A stretch of 64,000 nt of DNA from the NCBI GenBank assembly GCA_026770705.1, contig JANJGN010000009.1, positions 140,802,001 to 140,866,000 of the forward strand. Reading direction: 5' to 3'. Positions 13,067 to 24,629 of this stretch are shown piece after piece. The notes beneath the pieces were generated by a model that was not told the origin of the DNA, did not search any database, and was given only the letters and a program-made list of their open reading frames with translations. Both the position numbers and the translations under genes were made by a program. Each line of letters opens with the position of its first letter. Position 1 is the stretch's first letter. This DNA comes from Isurus oxyrinchus (Eukaryota).

Positions 13067-13166
13067 AACAAAAACAAAAATTCCTGGAAAAACTCAGCAG
13101 GTCAGACAGCATCCGCGGAGAGGAATACAGTTAACATTTCGAGTCCGAATGACTCTTCATCAGAAC
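13067..13166 (-). mobile_element. 100-bp solo PLE terminus (hammerhead motif plus tail)
   Basis: Contains only the ribozyme motif and downstream tail. Flanked by TCATGG (13061-13066) / TCGTGG (13167-13172). Confidence 0.75.
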
Positions 13167-13167
13167 T
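13129..13167 (-). ncRNA. Minimal type I hammerhead ribozyme motif
   Basis: Minus strand AGTT-CTGATGA-A-GAGTC-ATTCG-GACTC-GAAA-TGTT-AACT: canonical CUGAUGA and GAAA core, 5-bp stem II, 4-bp stem I. Confidence 0.7.
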
Positions 13168-13850
13168 CGTGGCATGCATGGACTTCTCCATAGTCCGTGT
13201 AAAGCTGTGCACCTCCGCTATATGTCCCCCTAACCCCTGCTGCATTTCCAGCAGGCTTGGTGTGACTGTACCAGAGGTCCGTTATTGGTATGGGGGTCGG
13301 TGGTTGTCTGTTCACCAGCAGTCCTCCCAGCATCTGGGGCCTTGGCTGTCACAGTCTTCCTCAGCTGTAGGGATGTGTCTGGGCTGTGCCATAAGAATGT
13401 GGCCCTAATTCTAAATACAACTCCTCTGCGAACTGAGGGAATGTACCTGCGCTGCTGGAAGATGTGGGAGATGTAGTGATGGTACATCCTCTGGGTCACA
13501 CGTGGCTGAGGCCTGGTGTCTGGATTCCTGTAAGGGAGAACAAAAAGAAACATATTAAGGTTCCACAGAGTCTGTGAACACAGCACAATTCCTTGCATGA
13601 TGCCGAGCGTCCATCTGGCAGCACCAGGTTTGATACATTCTTACTCTGATGCCTTGCCATTCCAGCAGTGCTGTGAGCTATGACTAGGCCGCCCTGTTCT
13701 CCTGCAATCTGGAAGGCTTCTTCCACAGCATGGGTGAGGATCTTGAGATAGGTAAACCTCCCACCAGTCTTCATCCTTTCCTTCAGGTTATGGGTCTAGT
13801 GTACGTAGGAGAAAGTGGACCTTTAGTGACTTGACAAATGTTAACTGACC

Positions 13851-14203
13851 CATAAGACCATAAGACGTAGGAGCAGAAGTAGGCCATTCAACCCATCGAG
13901 TCTGCACTGTCATTCAGTGAGATCATGGCTGATCTGATAATCCTCAATTCCACCTACTTGCCTTTTCCCCATAGCCCTTCATTCCCTAACTGATTAAAAA
14001 CTGTCATTTCAGCCTTGAAAATACTTAACAACCCAACCTCCACAGCCCTCTGTGGTAAAGAGTTCCACAGATTCACTACCCTCTGAGAGAAGAAATTTCT
14101 CCTCATCTCTGTCTTATATGGGCACCTCCTTACTCTGAGATTATGCCCTCTGGTCCTAGACTCTCCCAGAAGGGGAAACAACCTCTCTGCATCTACCCTG
14201 TCA
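13851..14203 (-). mobile_element. CR1 LINE 3' fragment
   Basis: ORF2 C-terminus RTRGHNLRV...RRNFFSQRVVNLWNSLP plus CATAAGA-repeat tail. Confidence 0.9.
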
Positions 14204-14996
14204 GGATCCCAAGGTAGAACAGGATGGAGGGGGCTGAGGGGGTGAAAGGGTGCACAGAACAAATAGGTCAAACCTCTGACAAAAAGGAGGTGGACAATAA
14301 AGTTGCTGCCTTGATGCAGAGCCTCCCTACTTGTTCAGGTGGCTCTTTTGGTGCCTGCCGGGCCTGCTCTCGCCATATAATTGTGCATGTTTCATGTGCC
14401 CACGGCCGGCCCTTTAAAATATTCATATGAATCACGTGGGCACCAACTCCCGACGTGAAAGAGGATGCGGTGCCCACTTCTGGTTGCGCTGATGGGAATG
14501 GTACACCACAGATCAAATTCCGCTCAAGGAATTTACACATCTCCATTCCACGGATTTATCATCTGGATCACTAGATGGAGTACTACACAAAAAGAAATCT
14601 TGTGATGTTTATGGTGGGGTCCTGCCTGACCACACCTGGCTTTCCTTGTGGTGTGATCACAGAATGATAATGGCCACATTTGGGGGACATCTGTAGCTTA
14701 ACCTATCCTCGGTTAAAAGAGAAAGTGATGCCACCTGCAATTGGAGGGAATAGAGCAACATTGTAAATAACAAATTCCATTCTGGGATAATAATCTCCTG
14801 GACAACCAGTTTCAGGACTGTCACACCCAAACTGAGAGCAATTTAGTAATTTTGAGATCCTGAGGTAGAGTGATTTAACTTTGGAATAGTGATGTTACAA
14901 CTTATCTGTCACTTATACGGATCACATATTCATATGATATAAGAAAACATGGGCCACCACGTAGAGCAAACAAATGCACAACTTAGCTAAGGGCCA

Positions 14997-16200
14997 AAAA
15001 AACCGGACCCATGTCCCACACCTCTGCCCTCACACCTTCCTCTCCCTCCCAGAACCATGATAGGGTCCCCCTTGTCCTCACTTTTCACCCCACCAGCCTC
15101 CGCATTCAAAGGATCATCCTTCGCCATTTCCGCCAACTCCAGCATGATGCCACCACCGAACACATCTTCCCTTCACCCCCTGTCGGCATTCTGTGGGGAC
15201 CGTTCCCTCCGGGACATCCTGGTCCACTCCTCCGTTACCTCCAATGCCTCAACCCCCTCTCACGGCACATTCCCATGCAATCACAGAAGGTGCAGCACCT
15301 GCCCTTTTACTTCCCCCCTCCTCACCGTCCAAGGGCCTAAACACTCCTTTCAAATGAAGCAGCACTTCACTTGCACTTCCCTCAATTTGTTCTACTGCAT
15401 TTGCTGCTCCCAATGCGGTCTCCTCTACATTGGAGAGACCAAACACAGACTGGGTGACCGCTTTGCGGAACACCTTCGGTCTGTCCGCAAGCATGACCCA
15501 GATCTTCCTGTCGCTTGCCATTTCAACTCACCACCCTGCTCTCATGCCCACATGTCCATCCTTGGCCTGCTGCAATGTTCCAGTGAAGCTCAACGCAAAC
15601 TGGAGGAACAGCACCTCATCTTCCGACTAGGCACTTTACAGTCTTCTAGACTTAATATTGAGTTCAACAATTTCAGATCATGAACTCTCTCCTCCACCCT
15701 CACCCCTTTTTGATCCCCCTTCTTCAAATATTTATTTTAAAATTTTTATATATATATTTTTCCCACCTACTTCTATTATTTTAAAATTTATTTCTATTCA
15801 TTGTTTTATCCCTACTTTTTAGCCTATTTCGATCTTTTATCCCACACCGTCCCCTCCCCCCACCCCACCTCCACTAGAGCCATCTGTCACTTGCTCATCC
15901 TGCTTTCTACTCTTTATGTCACCATTAGCACCTCCTTTAGCCAGTACCACCACCATCAACACCCCTTTGTCCTTTTGTTTATGACATCTTTTGCAATCTC
16001 TCCTTTGCCTCCACCTATCACTGGCCTTCTATCCAGCTCACCTGTCCCACCCCCCCCCCCTTAATCAGTATACATTTCACCACATTTTTACTTCCCTTTA
16101 GTTCTGAAGTAGAGTCATACGGACTCAAAACATTAACTTTGTATTTCTCTCCATAGATGCTGTCAGATCTGCTGAGTTTTTCCAGCAATTTTCATTTTTG
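14997..16200 (+). mobile_element. 5'-truncated Penelope-like element
   Basis: GIY-YIG-coding region followed by pLTR with decayed hammerhead (16100-16138). Perfect 14-bp TSD TTAGCTAAGGGCCA (14983-14996 / 16201-16214). Confidence 0.92.
15011..15683 (+). pseudogene. PLE RT C-terminus/GIY-YIG endonuclease fragment
   Basis: RVPLVLTFHP linker, frameshift, then C-x3-C-x2-C and CSQCGLLYIGETKHRLGDRFAEH...VACHFN...LGTLQSSRLN. Confidence 0.9.
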
Positions 16201-16249
16201 TTAGCTAAGGGCCATTTTACTGCAAGGCTTTGTCTTGGGCTCCCCAAAC

Positions 16250-16365
16250 AGTGTTTCCTACATTACAAAAGTAATTATGCTTGAAAAGTAATCCATTATT
16301 TCTAAAGTGCTTTGGGGAATCCAGTGATCATGAAAGGTGCTACATAAATGCAGGTTCTTATTTTC
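16250..16365 (+). mobile_element. SINE/L2-type 3' tail remnant
   Basis: AAAGTGCTTTGGG...GAAAGGTGCTACATAAATGCAGGTTCTT resembles the tails at 50215-50275 and 41225-41290 (inverted). Confidence 0.5.
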
Positions 16366-17324
16366 TTTTTAAAAAGAAAAGAGAAAGATCAAATTATCAA
16401 AATAAAATAACAACCCACAGTAGAACACAACATAATTGTGGATCTTGATCTTATTATTACTTGAATTTGCACTCTAATTTCAGATTAAGCGCTGGCATTG
16501 AGATTATCAACAGATATGCCTGAAATAACTTTTAAAAATGCTAGAAAACATCTCAAGTAGATTAGTCCCAATTTATTGATCGTTTTGATACATGATTGGC
16601 CGTAAAAAGGTGTTTGCTTAATCCTTTTTTGGAATTTGGTTAAGATTAGCATATTTTTAATCAGAGACAGCTCCTTAATAATTCCAAAATAGGCTGTGTA
16701 AGCACTCCTTGGCCAGGTCTGACACAGCCATTGATTGCAGTGCTGGAGGTCCCCTGACATGCAAAGTATGCGCGTGCTTACATCTGGTTCATACCAGGTG
16801 CTGGCGTCAATTGTAGGAGGGAGAAAAACACTTCCATAATGACAGTTAAATAGTATTGCTGGTGCATGCTGAGCTGGACTCAGTGCCTTACATCTGTCTT
16901 GGCTGCCAATCGAGCTGTGTTAGCAGGAACTGCCTCATATATTCTCTTTTGTGGTTTCTCTTAAATATAGTTCCAAAAGGAAGAAAGGGAAGAATGTAGA
17001 AAGAAAATAATTAACAGGCTTTTCCTGACTTAACTGTGAGAATTATAGGGTGGAATCGTCCTAGGTTTGCCCTTAGTGCAGTAGCGGGTGGGTAAAACGA
17101 TGCTTTACCCGCTGGCCGCGATGGTGGCTTTTCACCCAGTATCGTCCCAAACCCACCGCATTAATTATGTATTCCCGAGAAACATGCTGTTTCCATGGCG
17201 GGTGGGCTCTTATTCATCTACCATACCATCACCTCGCTGCTTCAGCACGTCAGGTGCCATATTTAAAGTCCAGCCACATGCACAAATCTCAGTGGTTCCA
17301 GCCCATGACTGCTGCAAAGAAGAC

Positions 17325-19260
17325 ATGGCCCTGAAAGGCAAACAGACAGCAGACCCCAGGCTCAATGATGCGTCCCTCGAGTGCCTTTTGGACACAGTGG
17401 AGGCTCACCGTGATGTCCCCTACCCCCTCTCTGGCCACAGGCTGGGCAGCAACATTACTAATCTTGCTTGGGGGGTGGTGGCAGTGGTGGTCAGTGCCAA
17501 TGCCCTGCAAAAGAAGACAACGACCCAGTGCCGCAAGAGGATGAATGATCTCCTCCGTTCTGGCAGGGTAAGTCACTCTTCTCATCACTCTCAACTCACA
17601 CACTCACAAACCCAATCATACATTCACAGGGCCTGAACTCACTGCTGATTCAAGGGACATCATCATTCACTCTCTCACACTTACCTTCATTGTCCTCATC
17701 CTGTCCATGGGACTACTCACCACCCACAAATGCCAGGCATACTTATCATCTGGCCTGACAGGCATCCTGTTTACACTTTCTCCATCTCTATTCATGCAGA
17801 GCAAGCTGGCATACAACAAGAGGGAGAGATTGCAGACCAGTGGAGGGATGCCTGAAATCAAGGTTCTCATGGGCTTTGAAAACAGGGCCATTCAGCTGGC
17901 CAGCCAGGATCTGGCCCGGTCCTGTGCTGACGATGAGATCAGCAGTGCTCATCCAAGTGAGGATCCAGCAGTGCAACATCCATCAGACAACAATGCCATG
18001 TGTGATGTGTCCTCTTTCACAGGCCCCTACCATGCACCAATTATCTTCCCACACTTCTGCAGGCACATCTGGGAAACAGCTGATGGAGTCCATGACCCAG
18101 GGACTCCAGTCAAGCCTTGAAGAAACCTCTGAAGATGAATCTGGTGGCACCCTCCCTGAAGTCCCATCACAGCGCTCACCCACGCCCTCCACCAGCGCAG
18201 AGACACACACCTCGGTGGGACCCAGCTTTACAGTAGCCTCGGGATCACAATCTGGTGAGAACATTGCACTGTCTAATCCACAACAGGCGGTGGCAGGGAC
18301 TTCCCAGGTCCCCGGCACTGGGAGGACTGCTGGAGGCGAGAAATTTGCTGTGTCTGAGTCAAATGATGCACCTCTGGCCTCGGTCATGTCACGGTTACTG
18401 GAAATGCAAAGGTAAGTTCAGGAACATCAGGAAGGAATGTCAGCTGCACTCCTCAGATTGCACGGCACGAGGGAGGTGTTCCCATCTGCCTTCAGGCTGA
18501 GGTGATAGAGCCGGTATGCCAACGCACCAAGGTCAACACTGGTAGGATGGCGACGGCCATGGAGACTTTGGTCCAGAATTTTGCTCCTGCTGCGCGGGCT
18601 CAATTCCATCACTGACGCCATAGTTGACCTCAAACAGTGTGCATGTGAGAGGGGTATGGGGCAGCTCAATCTCACTCCAGCTACCATTCTCCTGAAGGAG
18701 TCAGCCAAGGGCAATTGAGTGCCCATAGGGAGGAGGATCAGCAATGTGAGGATCTATGGTGTCTCCTCAATGCATGTTGTCATCATCCTCCACAAATCTA
18801 GCAGCTTTGAGGGCCTTCCGAGAACTCCTGCCTCGTCTGGCCAATGCGAGGGACTCAACCCTGTCATTGTCACCTTCGAGGACCTGCTCATCCTCATCCC
18901 CGTGGGTCTCCTCTTCATCGGAGACCTCCAGATCCTCCATCTCCTCCTCAGCCAGCTCCTCTCCCCGTTGCAGCGCCAGGTTGTAAAGGGTGCAGCAGAT
19001 GATGCCCTCCCTGGCGTCATCCATCCAGGTGACTCCAGGACTGTCCGACCCATCCGAATACCCTCTTCCTGTGACCTCAGCAGCTCCAGCTCCACAGGCC
19101 AAAGAGGGTGCCACTGCCACACAGCAGGACCCCAAAAGCAGGCCAGGCCCTCCAGATCTTGGTCCTCCAGATCTTGGCCCTCCAGAGGACGCCCGCCAAG
19201 GTCATCACAGACAGGGCATAGCAGTCAGTAGGCTGCCTCCGGGGAGCGCCAAGACATAGC
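17325..19260 (+). pseudogene. Harbinger Myb/SANT-like DNA-binding protein gene, spliced (exons 17325-17567, 17800-17956, 18063 onward), disrupted after 18415
   Basis: Exon 1 PRLNDASLECLLDTV...W...QCRKRMNDL with GTAAGT donor at 17568. Exon 2 SKLAYNKRERLQTSGG. GT-AG introns with consistent phases (0, then 1). Ser/Thr/acidic exon 3 has a stop at 18413-18415 and a later insertion. Confidence 0.85.
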
Positions 19261-20003
19261 GGCAGGGTTATGAATATTAAGAACGTGTTGTTGCAAAACC
19301 TGGACATGTGTGTTAATCACTTGTATATACTGTTCACTATTGTCGATAAGCTTCCAAGAATGTCCACCTGCCTATGGCTCCTTGTTCTGAAGAGCAGTAT
19401 TCATGTCAGTCAGATATGAAATCTTTCTGTACAAGATAAAGGTGTCTCAGTCCAGGGTCTCTTCCTGTGCTTTGTGGAGCCTTCAGACCAAAGCGATGGT
19501 CCACTCTCACACTCCCTGGACACACTAATGATGTCTGCACATCGATGGTGCTCGTCACTGCTGCCAAAATGTCTTTGGCAGATGTCACGGTGTTCTGTCA
19601 TGCTCCCTGTGCGCTCTCAGCGCCTTTAAGGTTGGGCTGAGCCCTATCTCTTCAGCACCTGTGACCAGTGACGCTGTGCTTTTGAAGGGAACAAGTGCTG
19701 AAGGTGGACAAAGGATCAGATGCTTTTAAAGTTTCATGGCTACATCTCTATGATATGATCCTGATCACAGAGCACAAGTGAGCTGCCCTGGTCCAGACAG
19801 GAGTAAACATTCTCAGAGGCTATGTGAAGATCTATGGAGTGTCCTCACTGCATGTTGTCATCATCCTCCTGCAATCGAGGGACTATTAGGGTCTCCACTG
19901 CATCTCCATGACAGGAGCGTTATCACAGAGGCCATGTGCACTGCTATAAGCCAGACTGGAGTCAAATGTTCAAAGATGCAATGTGAGGATCTATGGTGTC
20001 TCC

Positions 20004-21350
20004 TCAATGCATGTTGTCATCATCCTCCACAAATCTAGCAGCTTTGAGGGCCTTCCGAGCACTCCTGCCTCGTCTGGCTAATGCGAAGGACTCAACCCTG
20101 TCATTGTTGCCTTCGAGGACCTCCTCACCCTCATCCCCGTAGGCATCCTCCTCATTGGAGGAGACCTCCAGATCCTCCATCTCCTCCGCAGCCAGCTCCT
20201 CTCCCCATTGCAGCGCCGGGTTGTAAAAGGCGCAGCAGATGACAACGATGTGTGACACCCTCTGTGGGCTATATTGCAGGGCTCCACCAGACCGGTCCAG
20301 GCACTGGAATCTCATTTTGAACATCCCAAAGGTCTGCTCCACCAAGTTGCGACTTATAACATGAGCTTCATTATATCTTCACTCTGCTGCAGTCTGAGGC
20401 TGCCGCATGGCCTCTGCAGGTAGCCCTTGTCCCTGAGGAGCCATCCCTGCAGCTTCTGTGGGCCCTGGAAGATTTCAGGGAGCCATGACCAAATGAGAAT
20501 GTAGGAGTCATGCACACTCCCTGGAAACTGTGTGCAGACCTGCAAGGTGTGTTTGTGGTGGTCGTACACCAGCTGCACATTTAGTGAATGGAATCCCTTG
20601 TGGTTGACAAAGTTGGCCGCATGTTGCGATGGAGATCTGAGCCTCCAGGATGTCATCTTCCTGATTTGGACCAGTCTCCCCCATGATTCAAGCTAACAGT
20701 GTGGATTCAAGCAGTGTGGATTAGGAGAATGCCTGCAGCTGAACTGAGAGCACAACATGAGTGAACATGAGTGCAGTCGATGGAATACTGCACCCTGCAC
20801 CTGTGGGAAACCTGAGATCTGGGGAAATCCAATCGCTCTTGCAACCTGGCTGTCCTGGTCCTGGGTGAAATGTACAAAATTGTGTGCCCTTGCAAAGATG
20901 GCACCTATGACCTCATGGATGCTTTTGTGGGTGGAGGTGTGTGATATCCCACAGAGATCACTTAGAAATTTAGTGCTGCGGTCACTTTCATGGCCACTGG
21001 CAGTGGATGCCCTCCATGTCCCCATGACGCTAAATCCTGTAGTAGTTGACAGATGTGAGTGACCAGTTCCCTAGACATGTGCAGTTTTCGGTGACCTGGT
21101 TCTCGGTCATCTGTAGGAATGAAAGGCGGTGTCTATAGACCCCGGCTGTCACTAAGCGCCAGCCTGTGATAGCTCGCTGTGGCTCTTCGGTGGCATGTGC
21201 GGGAGCCCCACCCCTTCTTTGAGAGGGTGCAGCTTCTCCCTCTCTGCAGCCAGGCACCTTAGTCTCTCTCTTCTCTTTCATCTTCGCTCTCTGCAAGTCA
21301 TGAGGCATACAACTAGTACACCAGGTTCCATGCTCCTGATGTACTCCTGC
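20004..21350 (-). pseudogene. Harbinger (HARBI1-like) DDE transposase, frameshifted
   Basis: Motifs across frames: DLCGISH, GFPQVQGA-IDCTHV, NHKGFHSLNVQLV, FPGSVHDS, WLLRDKGY, VEQTFGMFKMRFQCLDRSGGALQYSP...CCAFYN. ~120-bp foreign insert near 20645-20765. Confidence 0.92.
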
Positions 21351-22549
21351 TACGGGATGAAAGAGGTTTAGCATGGCTGTACTAAGAATCTCTCTTGATT
21401 AAGTCTGAAGGCCCCTTAACGCGTCCTGGAGAGTGCTGCACACCACTTGGATGGCCAGAGATTTGTGCACTGCATGGCTGCCTGAAACCCCACCCACCTT
21501 CCTCCGCCCCATTCCACCTGACCTGCGTTGCTTGAGTGGGCAGACGAGCTAGACGCCTGACTCCTGTCATATCAATGTGCTGCACCTGAACTGTCTCAGT
21601 CACAGAGGAATGGTCACTTTATACAAAGTATCCCTAATGCATGGCCGCTTCCCTCATCCACCCTCTCCCCCCGCCCTCGGACGTGCTTGTGCGCTACCTT
21701 CAACCACAGGGCCGGCCCCTGCACCCCTCAACACACCTCAACAGCAGGGCAGCACTTGCCTCTCCCTGCAGCCCCACCCCTGCCAACGCACTTCAACCTT
21801 GAAATCCAATAGGTAAGTGCTCCACAACCTTACTGTGTACTCACCTCTGAGTTCCCCTAAAAGTGCAGCCTGCCACGTGCATGCCTTTTAAATGCTGCTG
21901 TAAAAAACATTTACAAGGTGGGCGGACAATTCATCAAGGGCGGAGGGGGCGATTCCAGCAGGCTGGGCTTATAATGATATGCAGATGCAGTACAATGAGA
22001 TTCCCAAAGTCTGATGGCGAGAAACGTGGCCCACCATTGGCAGGCAGTTTGGAAAATCTCAAACTGGTTTCATGACATAGTGAAACCGATTTTTGGCCTT
22101 CTCCACTGGCCATATCGTCCACTCACAGCCACCGAACACGCCCGACGCCAGTGGGCATGGACGATTCCACCCATAGTTTTGGAATCCTTGATGTGGATAT
22201 TAATCTGCAAAAGTGAACTCGCAAAATTCAGTTTGGTTATATTGGCTGTACATAATAGGGATTTCTGTAATTTCTCAATGGAAATCAGAAACAAAGTTAA
22301 AGAACAGATTTTATCTATTTTCTGTAGGATGATGAAAATTAGTGATGAGCCTCATTGCTCAGGAGATATTCTTTGGTGCCCTAAATTATAATGCAATCTA
22401 TCAGGCTAATTCAATGTTAATTCCTTTAATGTTTCTGCTCCTTGTTGTAGGTCTGCTACTAGAAAAACAGTAGTCCTATATATACAGAACAGAGCCAGAT
22501 GGAAAGGTCAGCCATGCTCTCATTCTGCAATAGCAGACACATTTTGTTC

Positions 22550-22918
22550 TTTTTCATTTGTTCATGGGATGTGGGCGTCGCTGACTAGACCAGCACTTAT
22601 TGCCCATCCCTAATTGCTCTTGTTCAGAGAGCATTTTTTTTAAGAGCCAACCACATTACTGTGGGCTGGAGTCACATGTAGCCCAGAGCAAGTACGAGCA
22701 GCAGATTTCCTTCCCTAAAGGGACATTAGTGAACCAGATGGGTTTTTACAACAATCAGCAATGTTTTGTGGTCAGCATTAGACTTTCAATTCCAGATTTT
22801 TATTGAATTTAAATTTCACCATCTGCTGTGGTGGGATTCGAACCCTGGTCCTGAGAGAATTACTCTGGGTCTTTGAAATACCAGTCCAGTGACAATGCCA
22901 CTATGCCACCTCTGCCCC
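22550..22918 (-). mobile_element. tRNA-derived SINE with LINE-derived 3' tail
   Basis: Minus-strand A box TGGCATAGTGG and B box GGTTCGAATCCC. The 3' ~70 bp match the tail of the LINEs at 43055 and 62755. Confidence 0.8.
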
Positions 22919-23381
22919 AAACTGTATTAACCTGAACTGTGGAAACCTATTTTTTTTCTTAATGCTTCCAGATTGGTTAATTTCAGAAAATTGTTGAGAG
23001 CTGATTACTAATTAATATGCTGGTTTCATTATTAAATTTCAATTTTCGTCTACAAGGTTGGTATTCATTTCCATGTAAAACTCGCTAAGGGTGGATCAGG
23101 AGAGATTGAATTACCGATGTTAAATAACAGCTCCATGGCTACTACTGGTATTCATACTTGATAAGTGGATAAGAGATCTAATTAAAGTGCAGCTAGATTC
23201 TGGTTGTTTTTTCCGTTCACGGAGATAACTGTCCCAATACCACGTTGAGCCTGAAAATCAGGATTAGTTCGAGAGCCAGACAATTCTAGAACTTGAATGT
23301 GTTTCAAGATAGAATCAACTTTCTAACAGTTTAAGTTGTGAGATTCCCTATCTCAATCTATTCTATTTGGATCTATTTCTG

Positions 23382-23522
23382 GATGAGCACTTGGCACGTC
23401 ATAACATTCAAGGCTATGGGCCAAGTGCTGGTAAATCGGATTAGGTAGATAGGTCAGGTGTTTATCACGTGTCGGTGCAGGCTCGATAGGCCGAAGGCCC
23501 ACTTCTGCACTGTGATTCTGCG
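23382..23522 (+). mobile_element. CR1 LINE 3' tail fragment
   Basis: CAAGGCTATGGGCCAAGTGCTGG...CTCGATAGGCCGAAGGCCC matches the tail of the CR1 at 26002-26160 (inverted). Confidence 0.7.
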
Positions 23523-23545
23523 TTGAGAGTTTGCCAATCAGGTAA

Positions 23546-24629
23546 TAAAAACAGAAAATGCTGAAAAAACTCAGCAGGTCTGGCAGCATCTGTGGAGGAA
23601 AAAATAGAGTTAACGTTTTGAGACCATATGACTTTTCTTCAGAGCTAAAGAATAGATATATGATGAATTTTATACTGTTTAAGGGGGGGCAGAGCAGGTG
23701 GAACAAGATAGAAAGTCAGGGATAGGTGACAGCTAAGGAGAGATTGGAGGATGTCATGGACACAAGACAAAGAGAGTGTTATTGGTAGTGGTAAAGAGTA
23801 AAGAAGGTGCTAATACTGGCATAAAGGTAAGATAGCAGGAGGTGATAATAGAAAAATGAGGATCAACGCTCTGTGAAATCAAAACATAGAAACAAGTGAC
23901 TGATGGCCCAGGGAGGGGGGGAGGGGGAGTTGGAGAAAAAGGATAAAAAATGAACAAATAAATAAAAGAATAAAATGAAGTTAAATGAATGAATAAATAA
24001 AAATGAATGAATAAATAAATAATTGAATTAAAAAAGGGGTCAGGATGGAGGAGAGAGTTCATGGTCTGAAGTTGTTGAACTCAATGTTAAGTCTGGAAGA
24101 CTGTAAAGTACCTAATCGGAAGATGAAGTGTTGTTCCTCCAGTTTGCGTTGGACTTGACAGGAACATTGCAGCAGGCCAAGGACAGACATGTGGGTAAGA
24201 GAGCAAGATGGTGAGTTGAAATGGCAAGTGACAAGAAGGTCTGGGTCATGCTTGCGGATGGACCGAAAATGTTCCATAAAGCGGTCACCAAGACTGCCTT
24301 TAGCCTCCCCAATATAGAGGAGACTGCATTGGTAGCAGCGAATACAGTAGGCCAAATTGAAAGAGTTGCAAGTGAAGCGCTGATTCACCTGGAAGGTGTT
24401 TGGGCCCATGAACAGTGAGAAGGGAGGAGGTAAAGGGGCAGGTGTTGCATTTCCTGCGATTGCATGGGAAGGTGCCGTGGGAAGGGGGTGAGGTGTTGGG
24501 AGTGATGGAGGAATGGGTTAGGGTGTCACAGAGGGAATGGTTCTTACGGAATGCTGATGGTGGTAGGGCTTTGAGGGGAAGATATGTTTGGTGATGGAAT
24601 CATGCTGGTGTTGGCAGAAATGGTAGAAG
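23546..24629 (-). mobile_element. 5'-truncated Penelope-like element
   Basis: ORF 24059-24409 has GIY-YIG (LLYIGEAKGSLGDRFMEH). pLTR with decayed hammerhead near 23606-23646. Possible short TSD AGGTAA. Confidence 0.88.

Larger units (their letters stand above)
9600..14560. mobile_element. Old decayed PIF/Harbinger transposon, interrupted by PLE and CR1 insertions (boundaries approximate)
   Basis: Plus-strand transposase remnants GWILSDKGYPLWTWLMIP (~10818-10870) and GALQYVPQVVSWIVTEYCALHN (~10985-11050). Minus-strand Myb-gene tail SRGRPPKSSH (~12720-12755), like SRGRPPRSSQ in the 17048 element. Confidence 0.65.
17048..22172. mobile_element. Full-length decayed PIF/Harbinger DNA transposon (5,125 bp)
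   Basis: Perfect 14-bp TIRs GGGTGGAATCGTCC (17048-17061) / GGACGATTCCACCC (22159-22172). ATA TSD on both sides. Convergent Myb/SANT (+) and DDE transposase (-) genes. Confidence 0.95.

Noticed and set aside
19146-19186. 15-bp tandem repeat (about 2.7 copies)
   Set aside because: Simple slippage inside the decayed Myb exon; no independent significance.
17325-21350. Domesticated host genes HARBI1/NAIF1/MSANTD
   Set aside because: Both genes lie inside TIRs with a TSD and the transposase is frameshifted, so this is a transposon copy.
22825-22918. tRNA gene suggested by A and B boxes
   Set aside because: No full cloverleaf, and it continues into a SINE body and LINE-type tail.
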